Assembly (NCBI GenBank): GCA_040377305.1
Contig: JBEIPA010000002.1
Span: forward strand, 1 to 64,000
Length of the DNA: 64,000 nt
Direction: 5' to 3'
From: Flavobacteriales bacterium
GTDB taxonomy: Bacteria > Bacteroidota > Bacteroidia > Palsa-965
Shown here: positions 29,103 to 39,973 of the stretch, one piece after another
Position numbering within the stretch: position 1 is the stretch's first letter
Layout of the letters: every line of letters starts with the position of its first letter
Program-made: the position numbers and the translations under genes
Notes under the pieces: generated by a model
Database searches by the model: none
Told to the model about the DNA's origin: nothing
Seen by the model: only the letters and a program-made list of their open reading frames with translations

Positions 29103-30913
29103 TAGTAGTCGAGATCCAGATCAAACGTCTGTCTCAACTTATTCAACGCCGGATTCAACTCCGCCAACCGCTTGAATTTGTCCTGAGTCGTGTAAATTTT
29201 TGCTTCACCGGCTTCTTTACTGAGGACAATATCCAGCGTGAAAACGTTATTCCGCAACTTTCTGCGAAGGAAATCCATCAGATTCGTCTTATCGGCAAGC
29301 AAACGTTCTTCCGCAGTAGCGTTGAGGACAGTGAACGTGACACGATTCTCTTCTGCAAGCACAGGTTTATTCATAGTGTAAGCCGAATGATCAGTCATTC
29401 TGCCCAATGAACCGAGTTGTGTTGCGTATTCCGTCCAATATTCTTCCAAGGCAACCTGTGAGATCTTGTCGGTATACTTTACGCCAACCGTATGTGCAGC
29501 TGTTTGCTGTCCTTGTTCGGCCGACTGCTTCTTCTCTCCGCTTACTATTCCGCTCAGTCCGGACGACTTCACGAAAACTTTCTTCACGGGTTGTGCTGGT
29601 GCAACCACGGTATTTGTTGCCGCGGTTAAAGTTGCTGTCGCGGTTGCGTGTTCAATAGCTTTCGCCGGAATATTCGGTTTTGCTTCAGGAACTGCGGTAA
29701 CAGGAATCTGAATCTGTACACCCGCTTTCTTACCGAAACCAGCTGCACCGATCATGTCGATCTCTGCGTCTAGGCTATTGAACTTTTTTTTTTCGTCGGA
29801 AGGATCTCCGTTAAGCGCGCAAAGCTGCATGAGTGCAAATTCTACCAGCAACCGTGGATTGCGTGCCGATTTGTAGCCAATATCGCAGCGATTGATAACA
29901 CCCAATCCGCGCAGCAACATCTGGGAGTCGCAACGGGAAGATTGTTCCTTGAATTTCTCACGAATTTTTTGTCCGGCCTCAAGCAAAGCGAGCGTCGCAG
30001 CATCTTTACACACAAGCAGATTGCGGAAATGCTCAGCCAATCCGGCAACGAAATTGTGTCCGTCGAATCCGTTGTTCAGGATTTCGTTGTACGCAAGCAG
30101 GGTTCCCGGAATTTCGTTTTTCAACAGGTGATCCGTCACGCGGAAATAATAATCGTAATCAAGAATATTGAGGTTTTCGATTACCGATTTATACGTAAGA
30201 TTATTTCCTGCGAATGACACGACCTGATCGAAAATGGAACAGGCATCACGCAAAGCACCATCGGCCTTTTGCGCAATAACATGCAAAGCATCGGGCTCGG
30301 CCGTTACACCTTCATTTCCGGCAATATATTCAAGATGCTTTGCCATGTCTTCAACCTGAATTCTGTTGAAGTTAAAAATCTGACATCGCGATAAAATCGT
30401 TGGAAGAATTTTGTGGCGCTCTGTTGTTGCGAGAATGAAAATCGCGTAACGTGGCGGTTCCTCAAGTGTCTTCAGAAATGCATTGAATGCGGCAGCAGAG
30501 AGCATGTGAACCTCATCGATTACATACACCTTCTTCGCATTCGCATTGTGTTCGATGAGCTGTGGTGGTATACGAACTGTATCAACCAGATTGCGGATAT
30601 CATCCACCGAATTGTTTGATGCAGCATCGAGCTCAGAAATGTCAATTGCTTGTCCCGAATTAAATGAACGGCACGATTCGCATTCGTTGCATGCTTCAAC
30701 ATCTGCTGTGAGATTCACACAGTTGATTGTCTTCGCAAGAATTCGTGCGCAAGTTGTTTTTCCGACACCACGTGGCCCGCAAAACAAGAATGCCTGCGCG
30801 AGGTGATTATTCTTGATTGCGTTCTGAAGCGTAGTGGTAATAGAAGTTTGTCCCACCACCGATTTAAAAGTGGCCGGTCGATACTTACGTGCGGAAACAA
30901 TGAAATTCTCCAT
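29102..30913 (-). CDS. dnaX: DNA polymerase III subunits gamma/tau
   Basis: MENFIVSARKYRP, GPRGVGKTT, Zn-binding Cys, IDEVHML, SRC. Confidence 0.97.
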   Translation of the reverse strand: MENFIVSARKYRPATFKSVVGQTSITTTLQNAIKNNHLAQAFLFCGPRGVGKTTCARILAKTINCVNLTADVEACNECESCRSFNSGQAIDISELDAASNNSVDDIRNLVDTVRIPPQLIEHNANAKKVYVIDEVHMLSAAAFNAFLKTLEEPPRYAIFILATTERHKILPTILSRCQIFNFNRIQVEDMAKHLEYIAGNEGVTAEPDALHVIAQKADGALRDACSIFDQVVSFAGNNLTYKSVIENLNILDYDYYFRVTDHLLKNEIPGTLLAYNEILNNGFDGHNFVAGLAEHFRNLLVCKDAATLALLEAGQKIREKFKEQSSRCDSQMLLRGLGVINRCDIGYKSARNPRLLVEFALMQLCALNGDPSDEKKKFNSLDAEIDMIGAAGFGKKAGVQIQIPVTAVPEAKPNIPAKAIEHATATATLTAATNTVVAPAQPVKKVFVKSSGLSGIVSGEKKQSAEQGQQTAAHTVGVKYTDKISQVALEEYWTEYATQLGSLGRMTDHSAYTMNKPVLAEENRVTFTVLNATAEERLLADKTNLMDFLRRKLRNNVFTLDIVLSKEAGEAKIYTTQDKFKRLAELNPALNKLRQTFDLDLDY

Positions 30914-31210
30914 CGGGACGCTAAGATACCAAGCGATCGCAGAAATCAACCCGAAAATGCAGGATTGAATTCTGAACTTTTATCAACAGTCGTTCGATGT
31001 GCCAATTTGCAGATATGCCGATATGCCGATTGAATGTGCTAATGTGCTAATAAAGAGCGGAGAAATTCGATTGAAGTGCGCCGGCATTCAGGAAATTCTA
31101 GCTGTATTTTAACCAAAACGCGACATCATTTAGCACATTAGCATATTATCATATTAACACATTAACGGTTTTCTTACCTTTAGGAAGTAATACACCAAAT
31201 CAACACACAA

Positions 31211-33289
31211 ATGAAAAAATTATTTACTCTTTCTGCTGTTGTTTGCCTCGCCCTCGGAGCAAATGCGCAGACCACATTCAGCGATAACTTTGAAGGTTAT
31301 ACGCTTAATCAGTACGTTGGACCACAAGCACCGGAATGGACAGTTTGGAGCGGAGCCGGCGGAGAAGGTACAACGGAAGATGCGTATGTAGTAAACACGC
31401 AGGCTTCTTCGGGTACTCAATCACTTCGCTTTGCAGGTACAACTGCAGCGGGCGGTCCACAAGACGTTGTAGCCTACTTCGGTGGTCAACACAATACCGG
31501 AACATTCATGTACGAGCAGGACATGTTTATTGAATCCGGAAAAGGTGGATACTTTAACTTCCAGGCGAACACGGTGATCGGACAAGTTTGGGCGTTGGAA
31601 GTTTACTTCAACCAAGCCGGAAACTTCCAGATGTCGAACACAAGCGGAACTTTCCTGACAGGAACTTTCCCAACAGCGACATGGTTTACACTTACGTTCG
31701 ACATTGATCTGAACCAAAACGTTTGGGATGTACAAGTGAACAACGTTTCTGTTGGTTCATTCTCGAACACGGTTAACCAGATCGCTTCGATCGACATTTT
31801 CCCGGTGAATGCTGCTCAACCATTGGGTGGTAACAATCAGTCTGGTTTCTGGATTGATGATGTTAGCTGGGCACACACTCCATACGTTCTGCCAACAGTA
31901 AATGCTGGTGTAACTGCTATCGGTTGTATGAATCCTGCGACTCGCACTCCTGGAAATATTACAGGTATCGTTGGGCAAACGCGTCCGATGTCTGCAACTA
32001 TCCGTAACCTCGGTGTAAACGCTATCACTTCGTTCGACGTGGCACTTAGCTTTAACGCCGTTCTACAGAACCAAAGTGTGTCGAGCGTGAATATTCCTTC
32101 ACTTGGAGTTTACCACGTTACTTTCAACGTTCCAGTTACTTTGATCGCTGGTGTTAACACGGCAATCGTAACAGTTTCAAACGTGAACGGCGCAGGTCTT
32201 GACGGAGATATTAATGATGATGCAAACACTGCAACCGGCAACATTACTACAGTTCCTGCTCCAGGAAAAGTTGTAGTTGGTGAAGAAGGAACTGGAACAT
32301 GGTGCCAGTGGTGTCCACGCGGTGCTGTCTTTATGGATTACATGGCAGAAAGCTATGATGGATTCTGGGCAGGCGTTGCAGTTCACAATGGTGATCCGAT
32401 GGTGAATTCTGCTTATGATGCAGGTGTTGGTGCTTTGATCGCAGGTTACCCAAGCGGACTTGTTGATCGCGGACCGGAAGCTGATCCTTCTGATTTCGAA
32501 AACGAATTTCTTGCAAACGTTGTTATTGCTCCTCATGCAACTATCGTAACCGGTGCAGAATTCAACACTGCAGGTGATTCATTGCACGTTTCAGTTACTT
32601 ACACATTCACGCAGGCTGCAACTTCATCTTACAAAGCGCTTTGTATTCTTACTGAAGATTCAGTAACAGGTACAAGCGGTTACGCACAATCAAATGCATA
32701 CGCTAACAATGCTGCTGGTCCAATGGGCGGTTTCGAATCACTTCCTTCAAGTGTTCCTGCTGCACAGATGAACTACAACCACGTTGCGCGCGGAATTGCT
32801 CCGAGCTTCGGCGGCGGAACAGGATTTGCAAGTACAGTTCCTGTTGCAACTGTTGTAACGTTCAACTTCTCATTCCCGATTTCTGCAGCATGGGACACTT
32901 CACTTTTCCATGTTGTTGGTGTGCTTGTAAATCCAAACGGAACGTTTAACAACGCCGGCACGTCATCAATTCAGGAAGCACTCGCTAACGGATTCGTTAC
33001 AGGTGTTGAAGATTTCGGTGCACAGGTCCCAGGACAACCGGATGATCTGAAAGTTTACCCGAATCCATCAACTGGATTGTCTTTCGTAGAGTTGAACCTT
33101 GAGACTGCTCAGGAAGTAACAATGACAGTTCGCGATATCACAGGTAAAGTAGTTGCAACACGTAACTATGGCACAATGATGGGCGCAAACATTCTTCCGA
33201 TCAATACTGCTGAATTCGCAAAAGGTATGTACACAGTTGAAGTTATGACTGGAGAGACCATGAGCCGTTCACAGATGATCGTCGAGTAA
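31211..33289 (+). CDS. Omp28-related thioredoxin-fold protein with T9SS C-terminal domain
   Basis: Signal peptide; EEGTGTWCQWCPRG; YNHVAR; C-terminal KVYPNP...GMYTV. Confidence 0.85.
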   Translation: MKKLFTLSAVVCLALGANAQTTFSDNFEGYTLNQYVGPQAPEWTVWSGAGGEGTTEDAYVVNTQASSGTQSLRFAGTTAAGGPQDVVAYFGGQHNTGTFMYEQDMFIESGKGGYFNFQANTVIGQVWALEVYFNQAGNFQMSNTSGTFLTGTFPTATWFTLTFDIDLNQNVWDVQVNNVSVGSFSNTVNQIASIDIFPVNAAQPLGGNNQSGFWIDDVSWAHTPYVLPTVNAGVTAIGCMNPATRTPGNITGIVGQTRPMSATIRNLGVNAITSFDVALSFNAVLQNQSVSSVNIPSLGVYHVTFNVPVTLIAGVNTAIVTVSNVNGAGLDGDINDDANTATGNITTVPAPGKVVVGEEGTGTWCQWCPRGAVFMDYMAESYDGFWAGVAVHNGDPMVNSAYDAGVGALIAGYPSGLVDRGPEADPSDFENEFLANVVIAPHATIVTGAEFNTAGDSLHVSVTYTFTQAATSSYKALCILTEDSVTGTSGYAQSNAYANNAAGPMGGFESLPSSVPAAQMNYNHVARGIAPSFGGGTGFASTVPVATVVTFNFSFPISAAWDTSLFHVVGVLVNPNGTFNNAGTSSIQEALANGFVTGVEDFGAQVPGQPDDLKVYPNPSTGLSFVELNLETAQEVTMTVRDITGKVVATRNYGTMMGANILPINTAEFAKGMYTVEVMTGETMSRSQMIVE

Positions 33290-33345
33290 GTAGAAAGTAA
33301 GCCGTAGGGCAGTTGGCAGTCGCCGAAGCCTGAACAAATAAAAGG

Positions 33346-33389
33346 AACCCGGTCTCGTCAAGCGTTTGACGGGACCGGGTTTTCTTTTT
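33346..33389 (+). terminator. Intrinsic terminator after the Omp28-like gene
   Basis: AACCCGGTCTCGTCAA-GCGT-TTGACGGGACCGGGTT followed by a T-rich run. Confidence 0.75.
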
Positions 33390-33533
33390 GTTCCGCCGGC
33401 TGAAGCCGAACGGTTATCGTGTTGAATCATGTCGTATGAAGTGGTTGAGAAAAAATGGCGTCGCCATTTTTTCTCAACCACCATTAACATATATGACCTA
33501 CACCGATAACCGTGCGGCTTCAGCCCACGGAAC
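33390..33533. repeat. REP-doublet-like element, family B copy 1, with central 20-bp perfect hairpin
   Basis: GGCTGAAGCCGAACGGTTATCG ... CGATAACCGTGCGGCTTCAGCC; GTGGTTGAGAAAAAATGGCG-T-CGCCATTTTTTCTCAACCAC. Confidence 0.75.
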
Positions 33534-33580
33534 CACATAAATACTGCCTACCGCCCTACTGCTTACTGCCTACTCTTTAG

Positions 33581-33588
33581 TAACTTTG
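33581..33588 (+). promoter_or_regulatory. Bacteroidota -7 promoter box for purB
   Basis: TAACTTTG matches TAnnTTTG, 16 nt before the ATG. Confidence 0.55.
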
Positions 33589-33604
33589 ACGTTTAGTACT
33601 CTCT

Positions 33605-34942
33605 ATGACATCTCCGCTTAATTCGATTTCTCCGGTAGACGGCCGCTATTCCAAGCAAACCGAAAGTCTCCAACAGTATTTTTCAGAAAGTGCGCTGATA
33701 AAATATCGTCTGCTCATTGAAGCCGAATATTTTATTGCATTGAGTTCGGTTGTGCCGCAACTGAAAGATGTTGCATCGAGCAAACACGATGAAATCCGCG
33801 ACAAGGTGTATCGCAATTTTACCGAAGCGAATGCACTCGAAGTGAAAGAGACAGAGAAGACCACCAATCACGATGTGAAAGCGGTTGAGTACTTCGTGAA
33901 AGCGCGTCTGGCTGAAATCGGATTGGAGAAGCATCTTGAGTTCGTTCACTTCGGATTGACTTCGCAAGACATCAACAACACAGCAACACCACTGTTGATT
34001 AAGGACGCACACGAAAAAGTGTTGCTTCCTGCGATCAACGGAATTCTCGATACACTTTCAAAACTGGCGAACGACTGGAAGGACATTCCTATGCTCGCAC
34101 ACACGCACGGGCAACCGGCCTCTCCTACCCGTCTCGGAAAAGAGATTGAAGTGTTTGTTTCGCGTTTGAAAGAACAACTGCGTTTGCTTTCCATGGTTCC
34201 TTTTAGCGGGAAGTTTGGTGGAGCAACCGGTAACTTCAATGCACACCATGTTGCGTATCCGAATCACGACTGGAAAAAATTCGGTGATGAATTTGTGAAG
34301 TCTCTTGGACTGGTTCGTTCACATCCAACAACACAGATTGAACATTACGATAATCTCGCTGCGTACTTCGACGGTCTGAAACGTATCAACACAATTCTTC
34401 TTGACTTGTGTCGCGATATGTGGACATACATTTCCATGAACTACTTCCGTCAGAAAACAAAAGCGGGAGAAATCGGTTCATCGGCCATGCCACACAAAGT
34501 GAATCCGATTGATTTCGAAAACGCGGAAGGCAATCTCGGACTGGCGAATGCAATTTTCGAACACCTCAGTGCAAAACTTCCGATCTCCCGTTTGCAGCGC
34601 GATCTGACTGACTCAACAGTACTTCGCAACGTTGGTGTTCCGATTGCACACACATTGATCTCTTTGAACTCAGTTGCAAAAGGTTTGAGCAAACTTCTTC
34701 TGAATGAAGATGCGCTGAAAGCCGATCTCGAAGCAAACTGGGCAGTTGTTGCTGAAGCAATTCAGACCATTCTTCGTCGCGAAGGATATCCGAAGCCGTA
34801 TGAAGCGCTGAAAGATCTGACGCGTGGGAATAATTCTATCACGAAAGAATCGATTGCGACTTTCATTGAGGGATTGAATGTATCTGCAGAAGTCAAAGCA
34901 GAACTGAAGAAAATTTCACCTTCAAGTTTTACGGGGATTTAA
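33605..34942 (+). CDS. purB: Adenylosuccinate lyase
   Basis: ISPVDGRY, TNHDVKAVEY, HFGLTSQD, GSSAMPHKVNPIDFEN. Confidence 0.97.
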   Translation: MTSPLNSISPVDGRYSKQTESLQQYFSESALIKYRLLIEAEYFIALSSVVPQLKDVASSKHDEIRDKVYRNFTEANALEVKETEKTTNHDVKAVEYFVKARLAEIGLEKHLEFVHFGLTSQDINNTATPLLIKDAHEKVLLPAINGILDTLSKLANDWKDIPMLAHTHGQPASPTRLGKEIEVFVSRLKEQLRLLSMVPFSGKFGGATGNFNAHHVAYPNHDWKKFGDEFVKSLGLVRSHPTTQIEHYDNLAAYFDGLKRINTILLDLCRDMWTYISMNYFRQKTKAGEIGSSAMPHKVNPIDFENAEGNLGLANAIFEHLSAKLPISRLQRDLTDSTVLRNVGVPIAHTLISLNSVAKGLSKLLLNEDALKADLEANWAVVAEAIQTILRREGYPKPYEALKDLTRGNNSITKESIATFIEGLNVSAEVKAELKKISPSSFTGI

Positions 34943-34963
34943 TTACCTCATTAATGTAACGGC

Positions 34964-37864
34964 ATGTCTACCCCCGCATCCGTACTGAATAGAACCGGAT
35001 GTCGTTGGTTGCAACGATTGCTGTTCCTATTAATTACTTTGAGTTGCGTTCATGCGCACGCCCAAACCCAACCTTCCTATTTCTTCCTCGGTGCAAAAGA
35101 ATTCGACGGCGTTCAGATTTACGATATTATTCAGGATAATGATCTGAACTATTGGATTGCTTCCGACAACGGACTTTACAAATACGATAGTTATTCGTTC
35201 GCGAAAGTGGAATGCGAAGGTGCACAGTCGCTTGCTGTGTTTGGTTTTGTAAAAAGTCTCACCGGTGAAATTTATTGTTACAATCTGAATAACCAGATTC
35301 TGCAGATCAAGCGCGACAAGTGTGCGGTGTTCTATAGTCTCAAACCCGAAGAACGTGCGTCGGACACTTATCTTTCCATTACTCCTGAAAATGAATTGCT
35401 GGTTTTTACCCGAACAATTCTACTCTTCACCAACGCTGGAACTCCGGTGAACATACCCAAACCCCGCTTATCCTACTATGGCTTTCCGTTTCAGACCTCA
35501 TCGGGTAAAACGATCAGTCACCTGGCCGATTCTGATTCGCTATTGATTTATGAAAACCGGCAAATACGTTATGTGAAAATGAATACAGGGCCTGACCAGA
35601 TTGACGGCGTCCTGAAATTTTTCACATTGAACAATAAGACGTTTGCAATTTCCACATCAGACAAAAACATCTACGCGTTTGATGAGCGTGATTACTCTGC
35701 TGTGATGGCACCATCAACAGACCTCGATAAGACCAAAGAGCCATTCCGGATATACAATGTGAATAGCACAGCCTGGGTTGCAGGTATAATTTCAGGAGTT
35801 CGCGTATTGTCTGATCAGGGACAACTTGAACTGTCTGACATGTACTATTCGCAGTATCTCATATCGGATGTATTCCAGGATGCGGAAGGGAATCTGTTGC
35901 TCAGCACATTCAATCATGGAATTCTGGTGGTGCCCGATATTAACGTTCCGGATGTTTTGAATATTGCCGGTGGTCACTCCATCATGAGTATACAGAGCGA
36001 TACTAAAATCGGAATGCTGATGGGGACGCTCACCGGAAAACTACTTGCCTACAAAGATGGAGTGTACACCACGCTGTCCGATTCCGGTGTAAGACCACTG
36101 CAATCGATTTTCAGTTGGCCCCAATTTCCATTCGTGATCTTTGACGATGGAGGAATAAAAGCGATGAACAAAGAAACCGGCACAATAACCCGTGTAGGAA
36201 TAGGTTCACTGAAGGATGCTTTGTGCATCAATGACTCCACCGTATATCTGGCGCTGAATATCGGACTGGCACACGTTACGTGGAACGGAGGAAATTCTTT
36301 CCATGCAGCTATCGTCCCTGACGTCCGGTTAAGATGCTATGCACTGGCGTACGCTCCCTCTGAAAATCTAATCTACGTTTCCACGTCAGATGGAGTGAAG
36401 ATGTTTGAACCGGGCGGTACCGTAGTGCCCTTGTTGCAAAACGGTTCTGCAGTATTTGCAAATGATATTACCTACGCAGATGGAGTAACTTATCTTGCCG
36501 GCAAGAACGGAATTCTGAAATGCGCTAACGGAAAAATTATCGGAACAATTTTGCCGATGATTCAGGATAAACCCGTTGAAATTCTGAAGTTCGAAGTACA
36601 GAATTCAATCATCAGCGCGATTACCGCCACTGGGTTTGCGCGATTCGACACCGAAGGTCATCTACTGATGCAACTGAACACGAAGCAAGGATTCTCCACG
36701 AATCGTATTTACAAATTCGATATTTCCGGCGATGAAATCTGGATCTGTCATTCACAGGGAGTGCAGAAACTAAGTGCTGAAATACTAAGCATTCCGGTAA
36801 CAAAACCGCTGATGCGCATTAGCGCTCTGAACGTAAATGATCAATCGGGTTCATTACTGAACGCCGGTGTATTTACCAGCGAAGAAAGAAAGTTCCGTTT
36901 CACCTTGTCTTCACCTACATTGCGTAATAAGGAAAACATCCGTTATCACTACCAACTGTCGGGATATGACGAAGCCTGGTTTATTTCCAACTACACCGAC
37001 AACCAGATTGTCTACAACGCATTGGCGCCAGGCGATTATGTTTTTACGGTTAAAGCAGAGAACTCCGGTGTGTTCAGTGATCCTGTTTCTTATTCGTTCA
37101 CAATTTCGGCCCCATTCTATTCCCGCTGGTGGTTCAGTGTGCTCATTGGTGTACTGTTGTTGCTGATCATCACTTTTGTTTACAGGTACAGACTTCAGCT
37201 TCAGGAGAAAAAAGCGAAGCTCGAAAACGAATTGCATGCATCCCGACTCACGGCGATTCAGTCGCAAATGAATCCGCACTTTATTTTTAACTCGCTGAAT
37301 TCTATCCAGGATCTTGTATTGAAAGGCGATGTGGACAATTCGTATACGTTCATTACCAAATTCTCCAATCTGGTTCGACGTACGCTTCACTATTCCGACA
37401 AAGACTTCGTTGAATTCAGTCAGGAAATAAAACTACTGGAGTTGTACCTCGCGCTTGAGAAATTGCGCTTTCGTGATGACTTCGAGTTCATTCTCGATAC
37501 GGAGGGAATTGATGACATCATGATTCCCCCAATGCTCATTCAGCCTTTCATCGAAAATTCCTTGCTGCACGGATTATTACACAAGGAAGGAAAGAAGAGG
37601 ATTACAATTACTTTTCGCCTGCTCGATAATCTCATTTGCACGGTGGAAGATAATGGTGTGGGTCGGGAGAAAGCGAAAGAAATCAAAAGCCGTCAACGTG
37701 CAGAACATGAGTCTTTCGCGGGTCAGGCAATTAAAAAGCGCTTTTCAATATTGAGCCGTCTGTTTCAGAGTGAATTGGGTTATACGTATGAAGACATGTA
37801 CGACGGAAAGCAAGCAATTGGCACCCGAGTGAAACTTACAATTCCGGTCAAACGAAACTTCTAG
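34964..37864 (+). CDS. LytS-type sensor histidine kinase with beta-propeller and Y_Y_Y periplasmic region
   Basis: YHYQLSGYD..W, TM helix, AIQSQMNPHFIFNSLNSI, QPFIENSLLHG, EDNGVG. Confidence 0.92.
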   Translation: MSTPASVLNRTGCRWLQRLLFLLITLSCVHAHAQTQPSYFFLGAKEFDGVQIYDIIQDNDLNYWIASDNGLYKYDSYSFAKVECEGAQSLAVFGFVKSLTGEIYCYNLNNQILQIKRDKCAVFYSLKPEERASDTYLSITPENELLVFTRTILLFTNAGTPVNIPKPRLSYYGFPFQTSSGKTISHLADSDSLLIYENRQIRYVKMNTGPDQIDGVLKFFTLNNKTFAISTSDKNIYAFDERDYSAVMAPSTDLDKTKEPFRIYNVNSTAWVAGIISGVRVLSDQGQLELSDMYYSQYLISDVFQDAEGNLLLSTFNHGILVVPDINVPDVLNIAGGHSIMSIQSDTKIGMLMGTLTGKLLAYKDGVYTTLSDSGVRPLQSIFSWPQFPFVIFDDGGIKAMNKETGTITRVGIGSLKDALCINDSTVYLALNIGLAHVTWNGGNSFHAAIVPDVRLRCYALAYAPSENLIYVSTSDGVKMFEPGGTVVPLLQNGSAVFANDITYADGVTYLAGKNGILKCANGKIIGTILPMIQDKPVEILKFEVQNSIISAITATGFARFDTEGHLLMQLNTKQGFSTNRIYKFDISGDEIWICHSQGVQKLSAEILSIPVTKPLMRISALNVNDQSGSLLNAGVFTSEERKFRFTLSSPTLRNKENIRYHYQLSGYDEAWFISNYTDNQIVYNALAPGDYVFTVKAENSGVFSDPVSYSFTISAPFYSRWWFSVLIGVLLLLIITFVYRYRLQLQEKKAKLENELHASRLTAIQSQMNPHFIFNSLNSIQDLVLKGDVDNSYTFITKFSNLVRRTLHYSDKDFVEFSQEIKLLELYLALEKLRFRDDFEFILDTEGIDDIMIPPMLIQPFIENSLLHGLLHKEGKKRITITFRLLDNLICTVEDNGVGREKAKEIKSRQRAEHESFAGQAIKKRFSILSRLFQSELGYTYEDMYDGKQAIGTRVKLTIPVKRNF

Positions 37865-37937
37865 TCCGTTCCTGAAGAAAATCGGGCGATTACAAAGAAA
37901 CAACACGACTGCAAAAGGCAACAGGTAAACTTGCACG

Positions 37938-38681
37938 ATGGAAAGAATCCGGGCCATAATAGTAGATGATGAAGAAAGCGCGCGCGACGTGCTTGAAAAT
38001 CTGCTGCGTCGTTTTTGTCCGGAGGTTGAAGTGCTCACGAAGCTTTCAAACATCCCACATGCCGTTGAAGCGTGTAATCAGTTGAAACCCGATCTGGTTT
38101 TTCTTGACATAGAAATGCCAAACTATGCAGGCTTCGAAATCGTGAAGTTTTTCGAGACTATTCCGTTCGAGATCATATTCGTTACAGCGTACGATAAATA
38201 TGCACTTCGCGCTTTTGAAATTTCCGCAATTGATTATTTGCTGAAGCCAGTTGACATAGATCGCCTTAAAGAAGCTGTATCGCGTGTGAAAAAGCAATCG
38301 GATCTCAAGCATCATTCCGATCGTCTCTCCTTATTAGGAACCACGCTTCAGTCGAAGGAAGTGAAAAGCATCATGGTCACTGACAAAGGATACCAGCAAA
38401 TTGTTCCTGTTGATTCCATCATCGCCATTGAGGCTGAAGAATCGTATTGCACCATTCACACGACAGACCGAAAATATACCGTCAGCAAAAACCTGAAGCA
38501 CTTCGAAACAGTTTTTGCAGATAGTCCACTATTCTTCCGCGTACACAAATCGTGGATCATTTCGAAGAAGCATATTCTGAATTATTCGAAATCGGATTTG
38601 TTGATCAATCTCTCCAATGGCTTGACCGCGCGCCTTTCCAAATACAAAAAGGCGGAGTTTGAAGAGATTCTTACCTCGTGA
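37938..38681 (+). CDS. LytTR family response regulator
   Basis: IVDDE, FLDIEMP, DYLLKP, FFRVHKSWI. Confidence 0.95.
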   Translation: MERIRAIIVDDEESARDVLENLLRRFCPEVEVLTKLSNIPHAVEACNQLKPDLVFLDIEMPNYAGFEIVKFFETIPFEIIFVTAYDKYALRAFEISAIDYLLKPVDIDRLKEAVSRVKKQSDLKHHSDRLSLLGTTLQSKEVKSIMVTDKGYQQIVPVDSIIAIEAEESYCTIHTTDRKYTVSKNLKHFETVFADSPLFFRVHKSWIISKKHILNYSKSDLLINLSNGLTARLSKYKKAEFEEILTS

Positions 38682-38772
38682 ACTTACCGTCCCGTTGAGG
38701 CAATTACAGACTAGCCGTAACTGTTTGTTTTGCAACAAGAATTCCTTCTGCGCATCAAAGCAAAAGTCATTG

Positions 38773-38878
38773 CGTTTATATGCAGTGGAATCTTAAGGCC
38801 ATTCAACATTCCGCCAGCTTCGGAATTCCACTGCATATAAACGAAATCCGTAACCACGTGGTTTCGTGGTTACGGATT
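38773..38878. terminator. Two tandem hairpins between convergent genes
   Basis: 19-bp IR 38773-38791/38825-38843 and 14-bp IR 38845-38858/38865-38878. Confidence 0.55.
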
Positions 38879-38975
38879 CAAACAATTCACTGCTGGTAGA
38901 TTTATTTACCGGGAGCACTTTCAGCCATACTTTGCTTAGCTGCTAATGTTGCTCCAGATCTGCTCAAAGAAAAGA

Positions 38976-39680
38976 TTACGGACGGGTTCCTAAGGCAACC
39001 GCTCCTGATCCCATGCCGCCAAATGTTGCAGCACCAACAGCAGCACCCACCGGTCCGCCTGCTACAGCTCCAGCTATTCCGCCTGCGATTCCAAATCCGA
39101 TATCAGCGCAAACGATTGCCACAACGCGTAAACACCTCTTTCTGGCTGAGATCGGTCCTGGAGGAGTTACAGGTTCCTTTATCTCCCAGTACGCGGCACT
39201 GTGGCGTGCAATAGATCCTGCTCCAGAAAGAATAACAAATTCGGTTTCACTTAGTTTTCCGATTTTATTCTGCCAACTCACTAAAGCCTGTTTTATTTCC
39301 TTCACCGATAAACGGCCCTTTTGAATTAAACGCAGTTGTTTAAAAAGCTCAGCCAGCTTTTGATTCGCTTTTTCTGATAAAGCCGGATTTTTCTTCCATG
39401 TAAATGAGACGTTTTTTGGGTCGTAGTTTGCCTCCTTCGCCTCCTGGACTATTGCTTCATACTTTTTACGGGGAATTTTTCCGAAAGCGTTTTCGGGCAA
39501 AGACAGAAAGTACTTCTCACCAAGTGCGACTATCTTTTTGACACTCATTTTTGGGGATCTGCCGGGAAGCTTCTGAACAATGAAGTTTATCACTTCGTTG
39601 TGATAGTAACCAACCAATTCAGTTTTGCCGAAATCATATTCAGCTGCAAGGTTTGCAATTTCTAGTTGTTCTGGGTTCAT
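38976..39680 (-). CDS. Hypothetical protein with C-terminal glycine-zipper hydrophobic segment
   Basis: Ends ADIGFGIAGGIAGAVAGGPVGAAVGAATFGGMGSGAVALG; no signal peptide. Confidence 0.7.
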   Translation of the reverse strand: MNPEQLEIANLAAEYDFGKTELVGYYHNEVINFIVQKLPGRSPKMSVKKIVALGEKYFLSLPENAFGKIPRKKYEAIVQEAKEANYDPKNVSFTWKKNPALSEKANQKLAELFKQLRLIQKGRLSVKEIKQALVSWQNKIGKLSETEFVILSGAGSIARHSAAYWEIKEPVTPPGPISARKRCLRVVAIVCADIGFGIAGGIAGAVAGGPVGAAVGAATFGGMGSGAVALGTRP

Positions 39681-39863
39681 CTTTTTGTTTTTTTGTCAAG
39701 ATTACCAATTTTATTGAATAATTAATTTATAATTCATTAACAGTCCATTTTTATTCATGAATGGACATTATAATCCTTTCAAATGATTTGAGTTTATTTA
39801 AAAAGTGTAGTTCGTCCGTTGGAACCGACGCCCTCGCGAAGAATCCAAGGTGCGCTTCCTTCC

Positions 39864-39897
39864 TGTCCGTTCCTGAAGCTGTTGGGCTGTTCGTGAG
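39864..39897 (+). promoter_or_regulatory. Putative LytTR operator (20-bp-period direct repeat)
   Basis: TGTCCGTTCCTGAAGCTGTTGGGCTGTTCGTGAG; near-consensus -7 box TATACTTG at 39928. Confidence 0.65.
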
Positions 39898-39973
39898 TTT
39901 CTGAATATTCCTCCGTTCGATGTGCTGTATACTTGACCAGAATTTCAAAAACAACACCCTTAAACTTTAGTCC

